Shown: positions 1 to 12,035 of the stretch, piece after piece
Position numbering within the stretch: the stretch's first letter is position 1
Layout: each line of letters begins with the position of its first letter
From: Nemertoderma westbladi
Lineage: Eukaryota; Animalia; Xenacoelomorpha
Length of the DNA stretch: 64,000 bases
Direction: 5' to 3'
NCBI GenBank assembly: GCA_032718475.1
Contig: JAUCBJ010006610.1
Coordinates: 64,932 to 128,931 of the forward strand
The notes under the pieces: model-generated
What the model was told of the DNA's origin: nothing
Seen by the model: only the letters and a program-made list of their open reading frames with translations
Databases searched by the model: none
Program-made: the position numbers and the translations under genes

Positions 1-3000
1 ACTCTTACCTTGTCCATGTATCCTGAGCTGCGCCACTGGGAATTCTCTTATGCCTCTCGATGGTTGTGAGACCTTCCATGAGAATTGTTTATCCAGAAGG
101 GATAGTTGGGCTTCCTCTCCGTCGGTAGTCGCCTCATGGGTAAGGGCATGGTATACTGTCGTAGTTGTAACATAACCTCTTATCCCAAGTTACATTACGT
201 CTATCTCTGAGGTCCTTCTTTAGGAATTCCTCACACTTACTAAGGTGATGGGGTCCTTCACATGACACACAAGTTGGGTTAATATTAGTTACCTTAGGTT
301 CTACATTGTTCTGCACTCGGGTTTTTTCTTCAGGTTTCTTACCTAGAATCCTTTTAGGTGACGTTGGATGAGTCTTATGCTGTTCTCACTTTCCATCCTT
401 GTGCCAATCTTTGGATTTTCCTACATCTTTTCTCTTACCTGTGTAGTAGACGTCGGTACTATTTGGTCCACTGTCCTCATTGTAGGAGATTTGACTCTCA
501 TACTCGGTGTAGCATACAGGCATGACTTTTCTCCTAGCTACTGGTTTCTCAATTGTCTTGGTTTTGGGAGTTTTCTCTCTAGACTGTTTTATCAGGTGTA
601 ATCTTACCTCTCCAGTCAGGAAAGACATAGGTCCGCCATTGTAGGATCTCTCTTATGTTGATCCTCCAAGTAAAGCTCCTTTTTGTCCCAACGAGTATCC
701 CCTCTGCCCTTAGGTCATGCCACTACAGCTTCTACCACCATAGAACTTTGGTACTGATGAGATTTACCTAACCATTCCAACTGTCTACATATCTCCTGAA
801 CCTCATCGGAAAACTCTATAATTCCATTGCTAGGGAATTTTCTGGGCGACACTAATTTTGCATACAAGTATCTAGCTATGTTAGTCCTATTTCCATACCT
901 GATATTTAGTTACCTGATCCCATACTTGTCTTAGACCGTCAGGATGTCCAATGAACTTTAATGCCATCAATTTGGGAGGACCTTCCAAACACTCGATGAG
1001 GAATCTTAACTTCTCTCCATTTGATAGGACAGAGTTTTATATATTGTATTTATAATATTCATTAAAAGGCAACCACTTCATCTCATCTCCGTTAAACTTG
1101 ACGACTTCGCCAACCTTCATGGCTTGTGGGGCCTCGGGTCTCGCCATCTGACGCATAAAGTTCTCCTGAGCCATCGTATTATTCAATATCGAATTATCCC
1201 AATATGTATTTCTTGGATTATTATCAGGCACATATGAGATATTATTATAAGTTGGTCTATTAATATTATCAATATTATTGGCATGATCTGGTATAGGAGT
1301 TTCCACTTCACTAGCCGTATAGATGCGCTATGCTCTACACCTTTCGCATATGATTCACACCTAAGCGGTTGAAATACAGTTACCAGGGGTGGTGGTATAC
1401 CCTTTTTTATGTTTACTAATTTATCGCTTTCTAGTTGCCGTACTTCTTGCAACTCTATTTTATTCTCTCGTACTGTTCCCTTTTATGATCCAACAGTACC
1501 CTCCAAATCTCTGAGCTGTGCAGCTGATTTGGCCTTAGGATGGGCCATCTGCCGTAGCAGTTCCCCCATCTCCCTACGTCTCTCCTCCATCCACTCGACC
1601 GCTGGAGTGGGAGTTGCCAACAGAGTGGCAGTGGGATGGCACATCGGGTAATGGGAGACAGCCCTAGTCCAAACGACTTGCGTTCTCTTTGGGGGTTTTC
1701 AGCCGACAATACAGGGATTTGGCTACTGGTTAAGGGAGTATTTTTACTTTCTAAAGGGAATCTAGGATCATATCCGAGCAGTAGAGGAGTCTCCTTTAAT
1801 GGAGTAGACTTAACAACAGGCCTACTTATTTCAGGCTCATCTAAAATAGTAGGAAGCCTATTCGATTCGTCTACCTGCGTTATTGATTGGCCAGATATTA
1901 AGTCTGTATTCGCCAATGCTCTCCTCACAGGGGGAGGCAAGTCAGGTAATTTGCATTCTATGGGAGCTCATCTACGCCCATTGGAATGGGATTTGTAACT
2001 CCGACATTCTGATCCAGTTGTAGTCCCTTCATCGGAGGATGTAGAAAATCTGTGTCTCTTGGAAGTTAAACGACTTCTAATTTGCGCTTGAACCGTTTCT
2101 CTTTGCTTTTGTATCAGTTCTTGTCTCGTTTGGATAGTGTCAAACTCTAGTTGAGCCAATGCTTCAGATGCAGCCTTAGCAGCTGCTCTTTTTGTTTCTT
2201 CTTCTACTTCCTTTCTCTTTGCTGCTTCAGCATGTACTTTAGCTGCATCAGCTTCTCGCTGAGCTTCCTCTTCTATCAGTCTCCTTTTCACTGCTCTAGA
2301 TCTTTCTTGTTCGATAAAAGTTGCTTTGTCTGCTTTATCCTGTTCAGCAGCCTGCATCTCCGCTCCTATTGCGTCCAGTATGTTACCGGCTGCTTCACTG
2401 CTAGGATGCAGTCCAGCTAGACGTCTTCTTAGCTCCCGATCTCCTATTAATTGCTGGTAGTCTGACAAATAAATGTCAATAGCATTTTTCTTAGGCTGCC
2501 CTTCAAGCTCTACTTCCCCTTATCCATTTGAAAGAACTGTGTCAGTGGATTCCCCATACACGAGTTGATCAGCCAACTGGTTTTTCCACATGGCAATTCC
2601 CTGAACCTTATCATTGATTCGTTGAAACCATACTCGCACCGCTACCTGCAGGGAGGTATCTTGCCTTCTCTTATAGGCTTCTTGGAATGCTCACAAAATT
2701 AATCTAATCCTTAAGATCCGCTCCTGCACTTGGAACAAGAGTAGTCCTTACACTTGAGGTTCCAACTGTCCTCGGAATAGTTGTGTTTCCAGTCGTCCCA
2801 TGGAGTTAAAGAATCCCTGCACGTAACCGGATGCTGACCTCTTCCACACCGCAGGGTCTCGGGTCTCCCGATTTACTCATAGCTGATATAAGTCCTCCCA
2901 TGGAACTTCGGAGAAGTTTAAGGGAATTCCGGGTCTGGGAAAGTTCCAATGCTACTCAACTAAGGATTCCAATTCTTCCCGCAAATATCCGGCGTAACTC

Positions 3001-3441
3001 TCCTTAGTCAGTCTTCTAATTCCTTACCCAATCCGCTAAATGCTCTTCCAAAGCTGGAAGAAATTGGGTGAGCATACCTCCAGGGAAAAAGAAGAGGGGG
3101 TTGGCATCAGCTACCTCTGCTATTCTTTGATCAGCCGCTGTAGGTGTCAGTTCTTCTGTACTAGAGTGGTTATCGCTGGATCGTTCAGGGGTTGCTGGTG
3201 GTTCATTCTGACGTGCTTGATCTGCTGCCGCAGCTTGAACTCGTTTCACTTGGGCCCTAGTGCCTATAATAGACCTATGGTGCTTCACTAACCTAGGTTC
3301 CGACACAACTACTGTAGGGATAGCCTTTCTTATAGTAGGTGGAGACTTAGACTTCGGTCGGGTCCTTTCTACACTTTGATCGGGGTCACAGATTGTCTGT
3401 TCTAATATGCTATCCAACAGGGTGTATTTTGAATCAGACAT
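1..3441 (-). pseudogene. gag: Fragmented BEL/Pao gag through the start of the protease region
   Basis: Collinear ORF pieces 3016-3441, 1968-2468, 1455-1940, 1037-1306, 386-628, 134-316 with stops and frameshifts; zinc knuckle CVSCEGPHHLSKC; bases 1-100 read SWKVSQPSRGIREFPVAQLRIHG, matching SWKAPTSNIGIREFPVVQVRVHG. Confidence 0.9.
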
Positions 3442-4846
3442 TATGAGATGTTTCCTTACTGAATGCCTATTACTATATAACAGTCAAGTTGGTTTAACAA
3501 ATCAGTATCAACTGTCAGTCTTACAGTGATAACGTATTGCTACCCAGACAATAATCAGACAACAATGTATAAAATACTGGTATACAATATAGTATATATA
3601 ACAGTATTACAGAAAACTGATATCACTCCTGAGTACTGGTATATGCGTATAGCCTAAATTATTAAGTATATAATAAACATACTGTTAGTACCGGTATGTT
3701 CAAGAATTAAGCAATAAGTGATCTTGATCTGTCAGTTATAGGAATTAGTTTCCGTTTACTTAGCGCTGATGTCAGCATATTTGGTTGAGACTTAGTTGGA
3801 TCTAACAGGCCTACGGGTTTTAAATCTGATGAAATAAAGTTTAAATTGAGGTAGATATATATATATATATGTATATATATATATGTACCGGGTTTAATTA
3901 ATATTTATCCAGAAGTTCAGAGGGTTATGAACCACAGTCAATTATTGTTATAAAGCACAATGAATTATTGTTCTTACTCGGTCACAGTAAGCATGGTAAA
4001 CACTCCTTAGGGAGAGTTTATAGACACTAATTAATAATAAGTTCTACTGACTAAGTTACTTATCACTACAAATTACTCAAATACGTACGGCGGGTTGAGA
4101 TTACACAATCTCTAAATAAACAATAAACAAAAATACAATTTTAAGGGTAAATTTAACAAGAATTTTACTGTCCAGAACTTGAATTTCTGGTTCTTACAGG
4201 GGTAATACGGAATTTTGAAACCAATATAGTAGCATTCAATAGTTCGGGTTGTCTAGATAAGGAGATGCCACCATCTGACAGTGTATAGTCTACACTATAA
4301 ACAAACGTACCCAGAGTGTCCTATACCTAGAAGTTAATTTTCGTAGTCTACGCTAACAGACCTATTAACCACTTTACAACTCAAATATACTGCATATACA
4401 CAAAATTAAATTTCAGGAAAGTGTTGTACTCTAAACCCTAGTTAGATATGAAGTACGCAGTTAAACAAACTTGAACAGCTAAAAGAACCACAGCATCTGC
4501 CGGGTGACCGGAGTACAATATCACCAGTCTGTCCTAAGCCAAGCAGTCCTGAAATAGGGATCTAGGACACTTCCCCCCGGACACTTCCCCCCCCGGACAC
4601 TTCCCCCCCGGACACTTCCCCCCCGGACACTTCCCCCCCGCCCAAGTAGGACACTTCCCCCCCGGACACTTGCCCCCCGGACACTTCCCACCCAGTTAAA
4701 GTGTTAAAATTAATCTGGGTGCATCAAAGCAATAAACAAAAGTTAAAGATGGTTACAGGACAAGTTATATCTAGATTCAAAATTATAAAATAAACGTTTT
4801 GTTTGTTTTTCTTTTAATTCCTTTAATTATTTTAATTTCTTTTAAT

Positions 4847-4980
4847 TGGGGGCTGCCGCCCCCAAACCCCCGCTTCTGTTGTTGGGGGCTACCGCCCCCA
4901 CACCCCCGCTTCTTTTCTTGGGGGCTGCCGCCCCCAAACCCCCGCTTCTTTTCTTGGGGGTTATCGCCCCCAGACCCCGG
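4847..4980. repeat. GC-rich ~36-bp tandem repeat (GGGGGCTGCCGCCCCCAAACCCCCGCTTC), about 4 copies
   Basis: Directly visible; each unit contains a GGGGGC/GCCCCC hairpin. Confidence 0.8.
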
Positions 4981-5112
4981 TATTTCCCTGAGTGCCCGTG
5001 GTGAAAGACTTAAGACCACTTTGAAATATTTAATTCATGTTTGTATCATCAGATAATAAATTGACTAAGCCTAAAGTAGGAGCTGTATTGAATGTTAACC
5101 AATTTAATATAT

Positions 5113-6350
5113 AAATAGATAAGATAAGATAATTCTTTTATTCACAAATACTTCTAAGCCTTATTAGGGCTACGAAGGCAGTATACGCAATACATATGTA
5201 GTACACGATACTGATAATTTAGGTGAATAAGCGTCTATAATCAAACAGCTGTCTTAGACAGACTGACTTACCTACGGTAGACCGCCTCGCCCTACATAAA
5301 GTATTAAAGGATTTTAATATACAGTAGATATTGCACAGAAAACATATTAATTTACCCATGCCTACTGTATGCTATACACAACACATACAGCGCATATACA
5401 TACAGACAGCACATACACACACACATACATACAGTATTCTAATATACACACATATACAATAAAGGTACTACTACACAGAGCCGGGCTGCTATATATATTA
5501 TTGAAATCACAAAAAGGTATAACAAATACTATTCAATTAACAAAAAGAATTAAAGATCTATGTAATTTCCTCCCTGTTATACCTAGTTAATAAGTGTTTG
5601 TGTAGTTTAAATTTGTATGTTTGGAATTTTTTTATTTTGCGTATTGAAATAGGCAGGGCATTCCATTGTTTTATCAGGTATGTACTAATATTGTAGTGGC
5701 CCTGTGTACTTGTTGTGCGTGGAAGTTTCAGATTGTATGTTCTAGAATTTAATTGCGTATTGTTACGTTTTAAATACGGTAGCTCTAGGAGTTTGAATGG
5801 TTTGCTTAAGTTATATATGTATCTAAATAAGAAAATTAGGCCGAAGAAGCTCCTATATTGAGAAAGTGTAGGTATTTTTGCCCTTTCTCGAAGTTCTGTC
5901 CCAGTAGAATCCCTTATTTTTTTACCAAAAATTGTTCTCAAAGCCATATTTTGTATTTTTTCGTATTTGTATAATAACTTTTTGTAACCATGTCGATTGT
6001 GGAGTGAGGTTAATAACATACAGCAGTAGTGGTGATGTGGCAAGACAAGCGATTTATATATATTGATTTTAGTTGAATTGGGTAGTTGGCCTTTTATTTT
6101 TCGAATACAAGACAGTGCAATTGCCATTTTTTGAAGAGATTTTTCGATTTGTTCTTTCCAATTAAGGTATTTATTTATTAATACACCCAGATATTTTACT
6201 GTAGTGCTTTGTTCTATGGGAGGTGCATTGTCAATATTTAGTTTAATGTTATTAGTCTGTTCGTTGGGTTTTCGAGGTGATAGTAGTAAGTATTCTGTTT
6301 TTTCTGGGTTTAATTTCATCCTATTAGTGTTATAAATTGTCGACATTTTA
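5113..6350 (-). mobile_element. 5'-truncated CR1/L2-group LINE (RT C-terminus plus 3' UTR), nested in the DNA transposon
   Basis: ORF 5558-6346 with MKLNPEKTEYL, VKYLGVLIN, IYKSLVLPHHHYC, WNALP; minus-strand AATAAA plus (TTATC)n tail near 5113-5145. Confidence 0.85.
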
Positions 6351-7746
6351 TTGATATTTACACTTAATAAATGGGTTGCTACATGTGGATATTCATAAAT
6401 TACTACAATATTATATAATTCAACAAAATCCTATTAAAAATATTGCAAGTAACCAGGAAATTTAATATGTAGTGTGTATAATATCTATATAGTATGTATA
6501 GTAGTAATATGTATATCAATATGTAATGCTGAACACAGAATACAGGTCGAAGCATGTCGATTTTACCCTGGAGAGGTATAATTTTGATTGCAACAATAAT
6601 ATTCATCCCCATCTGCTACAATTTGAAGAAGTCTATTACATAATAATACCTATAATTAAAACAATTAATTATTATAATTCTATAGTTAATAAAAACAGGT
6701 TATCATTCCGGGGATGGAATTTATAGGTCATCTAATATAATTAATTGTTTAAAGATTAGCAAACAATACGATGTAATTGCATTGATAAAACCCATGAATA
6801 AAACTTGGATATAAAATGTAAAATCGGGATGCAAAAGATCACTTTCTGAGCTACGAAAGGAAAATTGGATACAACTTATCTGGATACAAGCGGTCCGTTT
6901 ACCTTACAAAATGAAAAATACGAATGTGCGAAGTTAAGAACAGTCGGGGGGGAAGTGTCCGCGGGGGGGGAAGTGTCTGGGGGGGAAGTGTCCGGGGGGG
7001 AAGTGTCCTACTTGAGCGGGGGGGAACTGTCCGGGGGGAAGTGTCCGAACACCCTGAAATAGTACTGGGGTTAATTTAACTATTACGGTATGTACAACTT
7101 AGCAGAATTATTGCAGAAATATGTATACTTAGGGACATGAAGGTTGCAAATTACTTGCATAAACTCTGAATAATAAGTATTACGCTACCTTTACAGATTA
7201 CCAAAAACAAAACACAAACCGAAATGCTGACAGACCACCATCAAATCTAAAATAAACCACAGTAGATGAAGTTTCCAAAATCATTAGTTAGTACACTTTC
7301 CAAACTAAATGATACAACTTATTTTTAATGGGGGGTTTACCTTACAGCTATGGATGCCCCCACTACCTAACTCGTGCTCTATCGGATCAATAACCTACAA
7401 TACTGTAATCTACTTCAAATCCAACAATAATCAGGCAACAACTCAGCCTATGGATTACCTTTACAACTTGAGCAGGATTAGACACCTTCTGCTCAATATT
7501 ACACTTAAAGACAAACAAAGTTGACAGAAACAAGTAAAATCTCAATAAAAAACACCATTAACTACTAAGACCTACTGATATACAATTATCACAATAGAAT
7601 TAATACTGATGTACAATAGCGGACCGGTACCGCTAGGCCTACGGGTTACCGGTCGACCGGTAAAGTACAGGTTTTATTGCCTACGGAACAATAATAATAA
7701 AAAATATGTTACTGTTTAGAGGAATTATAGGTTACAAGTAAATCAT

Positions 7747-10181
7747 TGTGTGCGCTTTTAGAACTTTAACAGTTTGACCTGTTAATTTAAGTGTCTTATG
7801 ATGTCTGACAGCCCGTACAAATATGACCACAGCCGAAGCCAGTCTAGAGCGGCATATGACCCACTGGAGGTGGGAGAATGGATTCGATGGCAGAGAGAAC
7901 CGTATGCTACTTTGTATTATTCAATTGATCTCTACTATATAATCTCCAAAAACTATGTTTATTTTCAGTGAAATACCAACATTTCCTTTCAGGTGCTACG
8001 CTTTAAATACCACGCAGAGATATGACTTATACTAATTACAACGGATGGACATGAGACTGCGCAGTGTTTACATTCTTAAGGATTGTATAATTATTCGCTC
8101 GCATTCACACAACTGACAATATTACTGAAATACGCTAATTTGCCGACTATCACCAATTTTACTCGCATATAAGGATAAGTCATCATGACTCATGTACATT
8201 GGGGACTATGAAACAGCATCAACTCATACAAACCACTGTTATTTGAACTTTGCAATTGTGAATAGTAAACCCCTCTGCTTACCTCAATGATCATGAAAAC
8301 CAAGAGATCTACCGGTTATTCATAAGTATTCTCCAACCATTAACATTAATCAATATGTAACAAATCGCAGTATTATAACAATATAAACAATATAAATTAC
8401 GCGGTGTGCGGCATTTAATCATCACAAGTCCCTAAAAGGTGCCACCCTGCTCCATAGCGCGGGAAATTCAAATGATTGAAAGACATGTTATTTGTACTGG
8501 AAAGGGTGGCAGATCAGATCTGCCACCTATATATTGGCGGTAAATTCAAATCTGTTTTAACATTGAATACATGAATAGAGTAAGACCAATCTTCCAATGT
8601 AATTCATTGAATCAGAATAAATTATTTATTATCGGTTTAACTCACTCATCCGTTAATGTTGTTGATTTATCTATTCTGGGACTTCGAGCAGTACGTGAAC
8701 AACTAAACCAGCACGCTAACTACCGGTAGTCTGGGGCTTCGAGCACCACGTGAACAACTAAACTGGCTGGTTACCTAGTCTGGGACTTCGAGCAGCACGT
8801 GAACAACTAAACCAGCACGTTAACTAGTCTGGGACTTCGAGCAGCACGTGTACAACTAAGCTGCCTGGTTAACAAGTCTGGGACTTCGAGCAGCACGTAA
8901 ACAACTAAAGCTGACTGGTTAACTAGTCTGGGACAGATATAGCAGTATAAGCAGAAGCATTATACACCTATTGTTATTACAGTAGGCCTACCTGCGATAT
9001 ATTTTACTATCAGTTCCCTGCTATATTGTTATAATTATATTGTTCTGATGTAATTATAACTGATACAAGCAAATAACAAATGTTCTTTACATTTTACTGA
9101 TAGAAGTTAAGCCAAATACCTCGATCCACCCCCTTCTCAATTTGCGAGTTTGCTCGAAGTCCCAGACTAGTTAACCAGTCAGCTTAGTTGTTCACGTGCT
9201 ACTGGAAGTCCCAGACTATAGTTAACCAGTCAGCTTAGTTGCTCACGTGCTGCTCGAAGCCCCAAACTAGTTAACGTGCTGGTTTAGTTTTAGTTGTTCA
9301 CGTGCTGCTCGAAGTCCCAGACTAGGTATCCAGCCAGTTTATTTGTTCACGTGCTGCTCTATGCCCCAGACTAGTTAACGTCAGGTTTAGTTGTTCACGT
9401 GCTGCTCGATGTCCCAGACTACCAGAATAGATAAAACAACAACAATAACGGATGAGTGAGTTAAACCGATAAGAAATAATTTATTCTGATTCAATGAATT
9501 ACATTTAGTCTTACTCTATTCATGTATTCAATGTTAAAACAGATTTGAATTAACCGCCAAAATATAGGTAGCAGATCTGATCTGCCACCCTTTCCAGTAC
9601 AAAATTACATGTCTTTCAATCATTTGAATTTCCCGCGCTATGGAGCAGGGTGGCACCTTTTAGGGACTTGTTTTAATCATCAGTCAGATGTCAGAAAGTC
9701 AGGAATGGACGAGAGATAATTTACTGTGCTGTGTAATTCCCTGACACTCTAGCCTCATAATCTTTTGGGCAAAGTCAGAAAATGAATAAACACTCACACT
9801 GAAGGGCTGCAAGAATATTCTTGCCTCAAGTAGTCCACAAAGGATGAATCAAATCGAACGCCATAGAATGTATGGAACGCAATCAGGGACCAGTTACCAT
9901 GCCATCAACTCGTAACCAATGGATCCGGTAATTCAGGCTATGGTGACTAACAAAGAAGAATGTAAACAAAGGGAATATTATCCAATGAGTGGTGATTTCG
10001 TAATCTGTGCATCAGAGTTTCTGTGGGAATGTACGGGAAAGTGTTGTACTTAGAATAAACGCTGGAGGGAGTAAGTTTACATTAGTTCATAAAATACAAA
10101 GTTCTTGAGAGTTTTTCAAGGGTTTAGGGTAACCAGCGCATTGTGTAAGATGGGGACATTTTGGCCGCAAAAGCTTTAACA
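7747..10181 (-). repeat. 5' LTR of the degenerate BEL element (~1.18 kb after removing the 8424-9671 insertion)
   Basis: Starts TGTGTGCGCTTTT (cf. TGTACGCGCTTTT) and ends CCGCAAAAGCTTTAACA (cf. CCGCAAAAGCTTTTACA). Confidence 0.8.
8424..9671. mobile_element. Foldback/MULE-like MITE with ~500-bp inverted arms
   Basis: Termini ACAAGTCCCTAAAAGGTGCCACC / GGTGGCACCTTTTAGGGACTTGT; 10-bp duplication TTTAATCATC at 8414-8423 and 9672-9681; internal ~50-bp repeats CTGGGACTTCGAGCAGCACGTGAACAACTAA in both arms. Confidence 0.88.
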
Positions 10182-10703
10182 TATTGTAATTTTGGTGCTC
10201 TTTTAGTGTCTATTATAAAATAAACAATGAAGATTTTATTCTAATTTCGCTTTCGATTACTAATAATTAATTAGACTAACCAAAAAAGCAAAATATGGTT
10301 TAATGGTTTTACCAATTAAATTAAATTATTGAATAAGGGTGATGTATTTTGAGTTCATGTTCCCAGTGTTTTCGATCTTGTGCGAGATTTCGCAGTGATT
10401 TGACAGGGTGGCGGGGGTTGGGTGGTTTGACGTGGGCAGCGCTGCAACAGTACATACGGTGACAGTTATCGTCCATCTCATTTACAGTAACACAGGCCCT
10501 TCATCACCTTACTAGCGCAAGATACTGCGGTGAAGGTCCGCAATAGGAGTTCAAGAATCATCCTGTGCAATTAATTATATTGCAATACGCCTATAAATCT
10601 TGTCTTACCTATTGAAAAAATAAACATATTGATTATTGATGTAGAAGGGTAGTCCTACAGTACTATGTATAGGGTAATTTAACTTTCTGCTGTTTATTTT
10701 TAG

Positions 10704-10765
10704 GCCCAATTGGTCCACCCGGTCCGCCAGGAATTCGTGGTAACGATGGGAAACACGGATATCCT
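10704..10765 (+). CDS. Collagen triple-helix exon (GPIGPPGPPGIRGNDGKHGYP)
   Basis: TTTTTAG acceptor, GTAAGT donor, perfect Gly-X-Y; starts phase 1, ends phase 0. Confidence 0.85.
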
Positions 10766-10804
10766 GTAAGTATTTGTTACCCTGTAAGTATTTGTCAACC
10801 CGTC

Positions 10805-11490
10805 TCTATCTCTAATATCTATTTTTTCTCAATGTATTTGTTGTATTTCTCCTCTAAAACATTGAGAAAAAAATTGCAATAAATTTTTTTCGCAATGTTT
10901 TTTTTCTTAATGTTTTTTTCTCAATGTTTTCGTCTTGAAGTCTGAGTTTGGCTTGTCTTTACATTATAGGCCTATCACAATGAACCTAATAATACCAGTA
11001 TAGTGCATTGCCCAGACTCCATGTGCACTTTCAAAATGCTGAAATTTAGTATTTGAAATATGCATGGTAAGCCTATAGCGTACCGTACGCTCGTACGCAC
11101 AGTGTATAATGTTGCTGACTGGTCTGCCGGTTACACGGACAGTTTATCGACCTATTATTAATGGTGTACAATCTGATACTATACACTGTGCGTACGGTAC
11201 GCTATAGGCCTACCATGCATATTTAAAATACTAAATTTCAGCATTTTGAAAGTGCACATGGAGTCTGGGTAATGCACTATACTGGTATTATTAGGTTCAT
11301 TGTGATAGGCCTATAATGTAAAGACAAGCCAAACTCAGACTTCAAGACGAAAACATTGAGAAAAAAAACATTGAGAAAAAAACATTGAGAAAAAAAACAT
11401 TGCGAAAAAAATTTATTGCAATTTTTTTATCAATGTTTTAGAGGTGAAATAAAACAAATACATTGAGAAAAAATAGATATTAGAGATAGA
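10805..11490. mobile_element. ~690-bp foldback palindrome (MITE-like)
   Basis: 10805-~11110 is the near-perfect reverse complement of ~11180-11490; no clear target duplication. Confidence 0.8.
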
Positions 11491-11569
11491 TATTAATACA
11501 AAATACTATAGTATTATGGTATTGACGCGAATGCCAATAATGGATCGCGGCATAGTTTCTTAATGTTAT

Positions 11570-11703
11570 AATTTTCGTTGGGCGCAGCTTAACAAATTCG
11601 GCAATGACGTCCAGGTGGGATCGAACTGGTGACCTCCGGGTTGGAAGTCTGACGCCCTAACCATTCAGCTAGCGGCTCAGGTAAAAGATGGACCTGGCAA
11701 TAC
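11570..11703 (-). mobile_element. tRNA-derived SINE-like repeat
   Basis: Minus strand has A box TAGCTGAATGG and B box GTTCGATCC; inverted homologue at 13755-13895. Confidence 0.65.
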
Positions 11704-12035
11704 TAGCTGATACCTTGTATGTCCGCAATTTACCTCATCATGGCCTCCCAACTGTCAATACCATCATATGCTGCCACAGTGCTCAACCCTACTGTACTTG
11801 GCCGTCTTTTACCACTCGCTACAATGAAAGGATTGCGATTGTGTGTGTATATTAATCATGAACCATCCCATCTCTATGGCACAATTACACCCATAGCGAA
11901 ATGCGATCGGTATTTTTGTAATTATTATTGATTATTGATATATTGGTGAATGAATCATGGTTTTATATTTATAATAATTCGCGTTGGGCACAGATGATTG
12001 TAGATGAATGGTATTGGCAGTTGTGTGGGAGCCCA

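Larger units (their letters stand above)
4558..7053. mobile_element. Non-autonomous MULE/foldback-like DNA transposon inserted in the BEL leader
   Basis: Inverted subterminal arrays of GGACACTTCCCCCC (4565-4690) and GGGGGGAAGTGTCC (6946-7046); 9-bp direct duplication CTGAAATAG at 4549-4557 and 7054-7062; removing it restores the leader seen uninterrupted near 45110-45140. Confidence 0.8.
1..10181 (-). mobile_element. Degenerate BEL/Pao LTR retrotransposon (5' half; runs off the left edge), same family as 28551-47472
   Basis: ORF fragments align with the Gag of the full element (MSDSKYTLLDSILEQTICDPDQSVE vs MSDTQQNLSDSLIDTTICDTDRSVE; VKFNGDEMKWLPFNEYYK). Leader and LTR are recognisably homologous. 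Confidence 0.9.
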
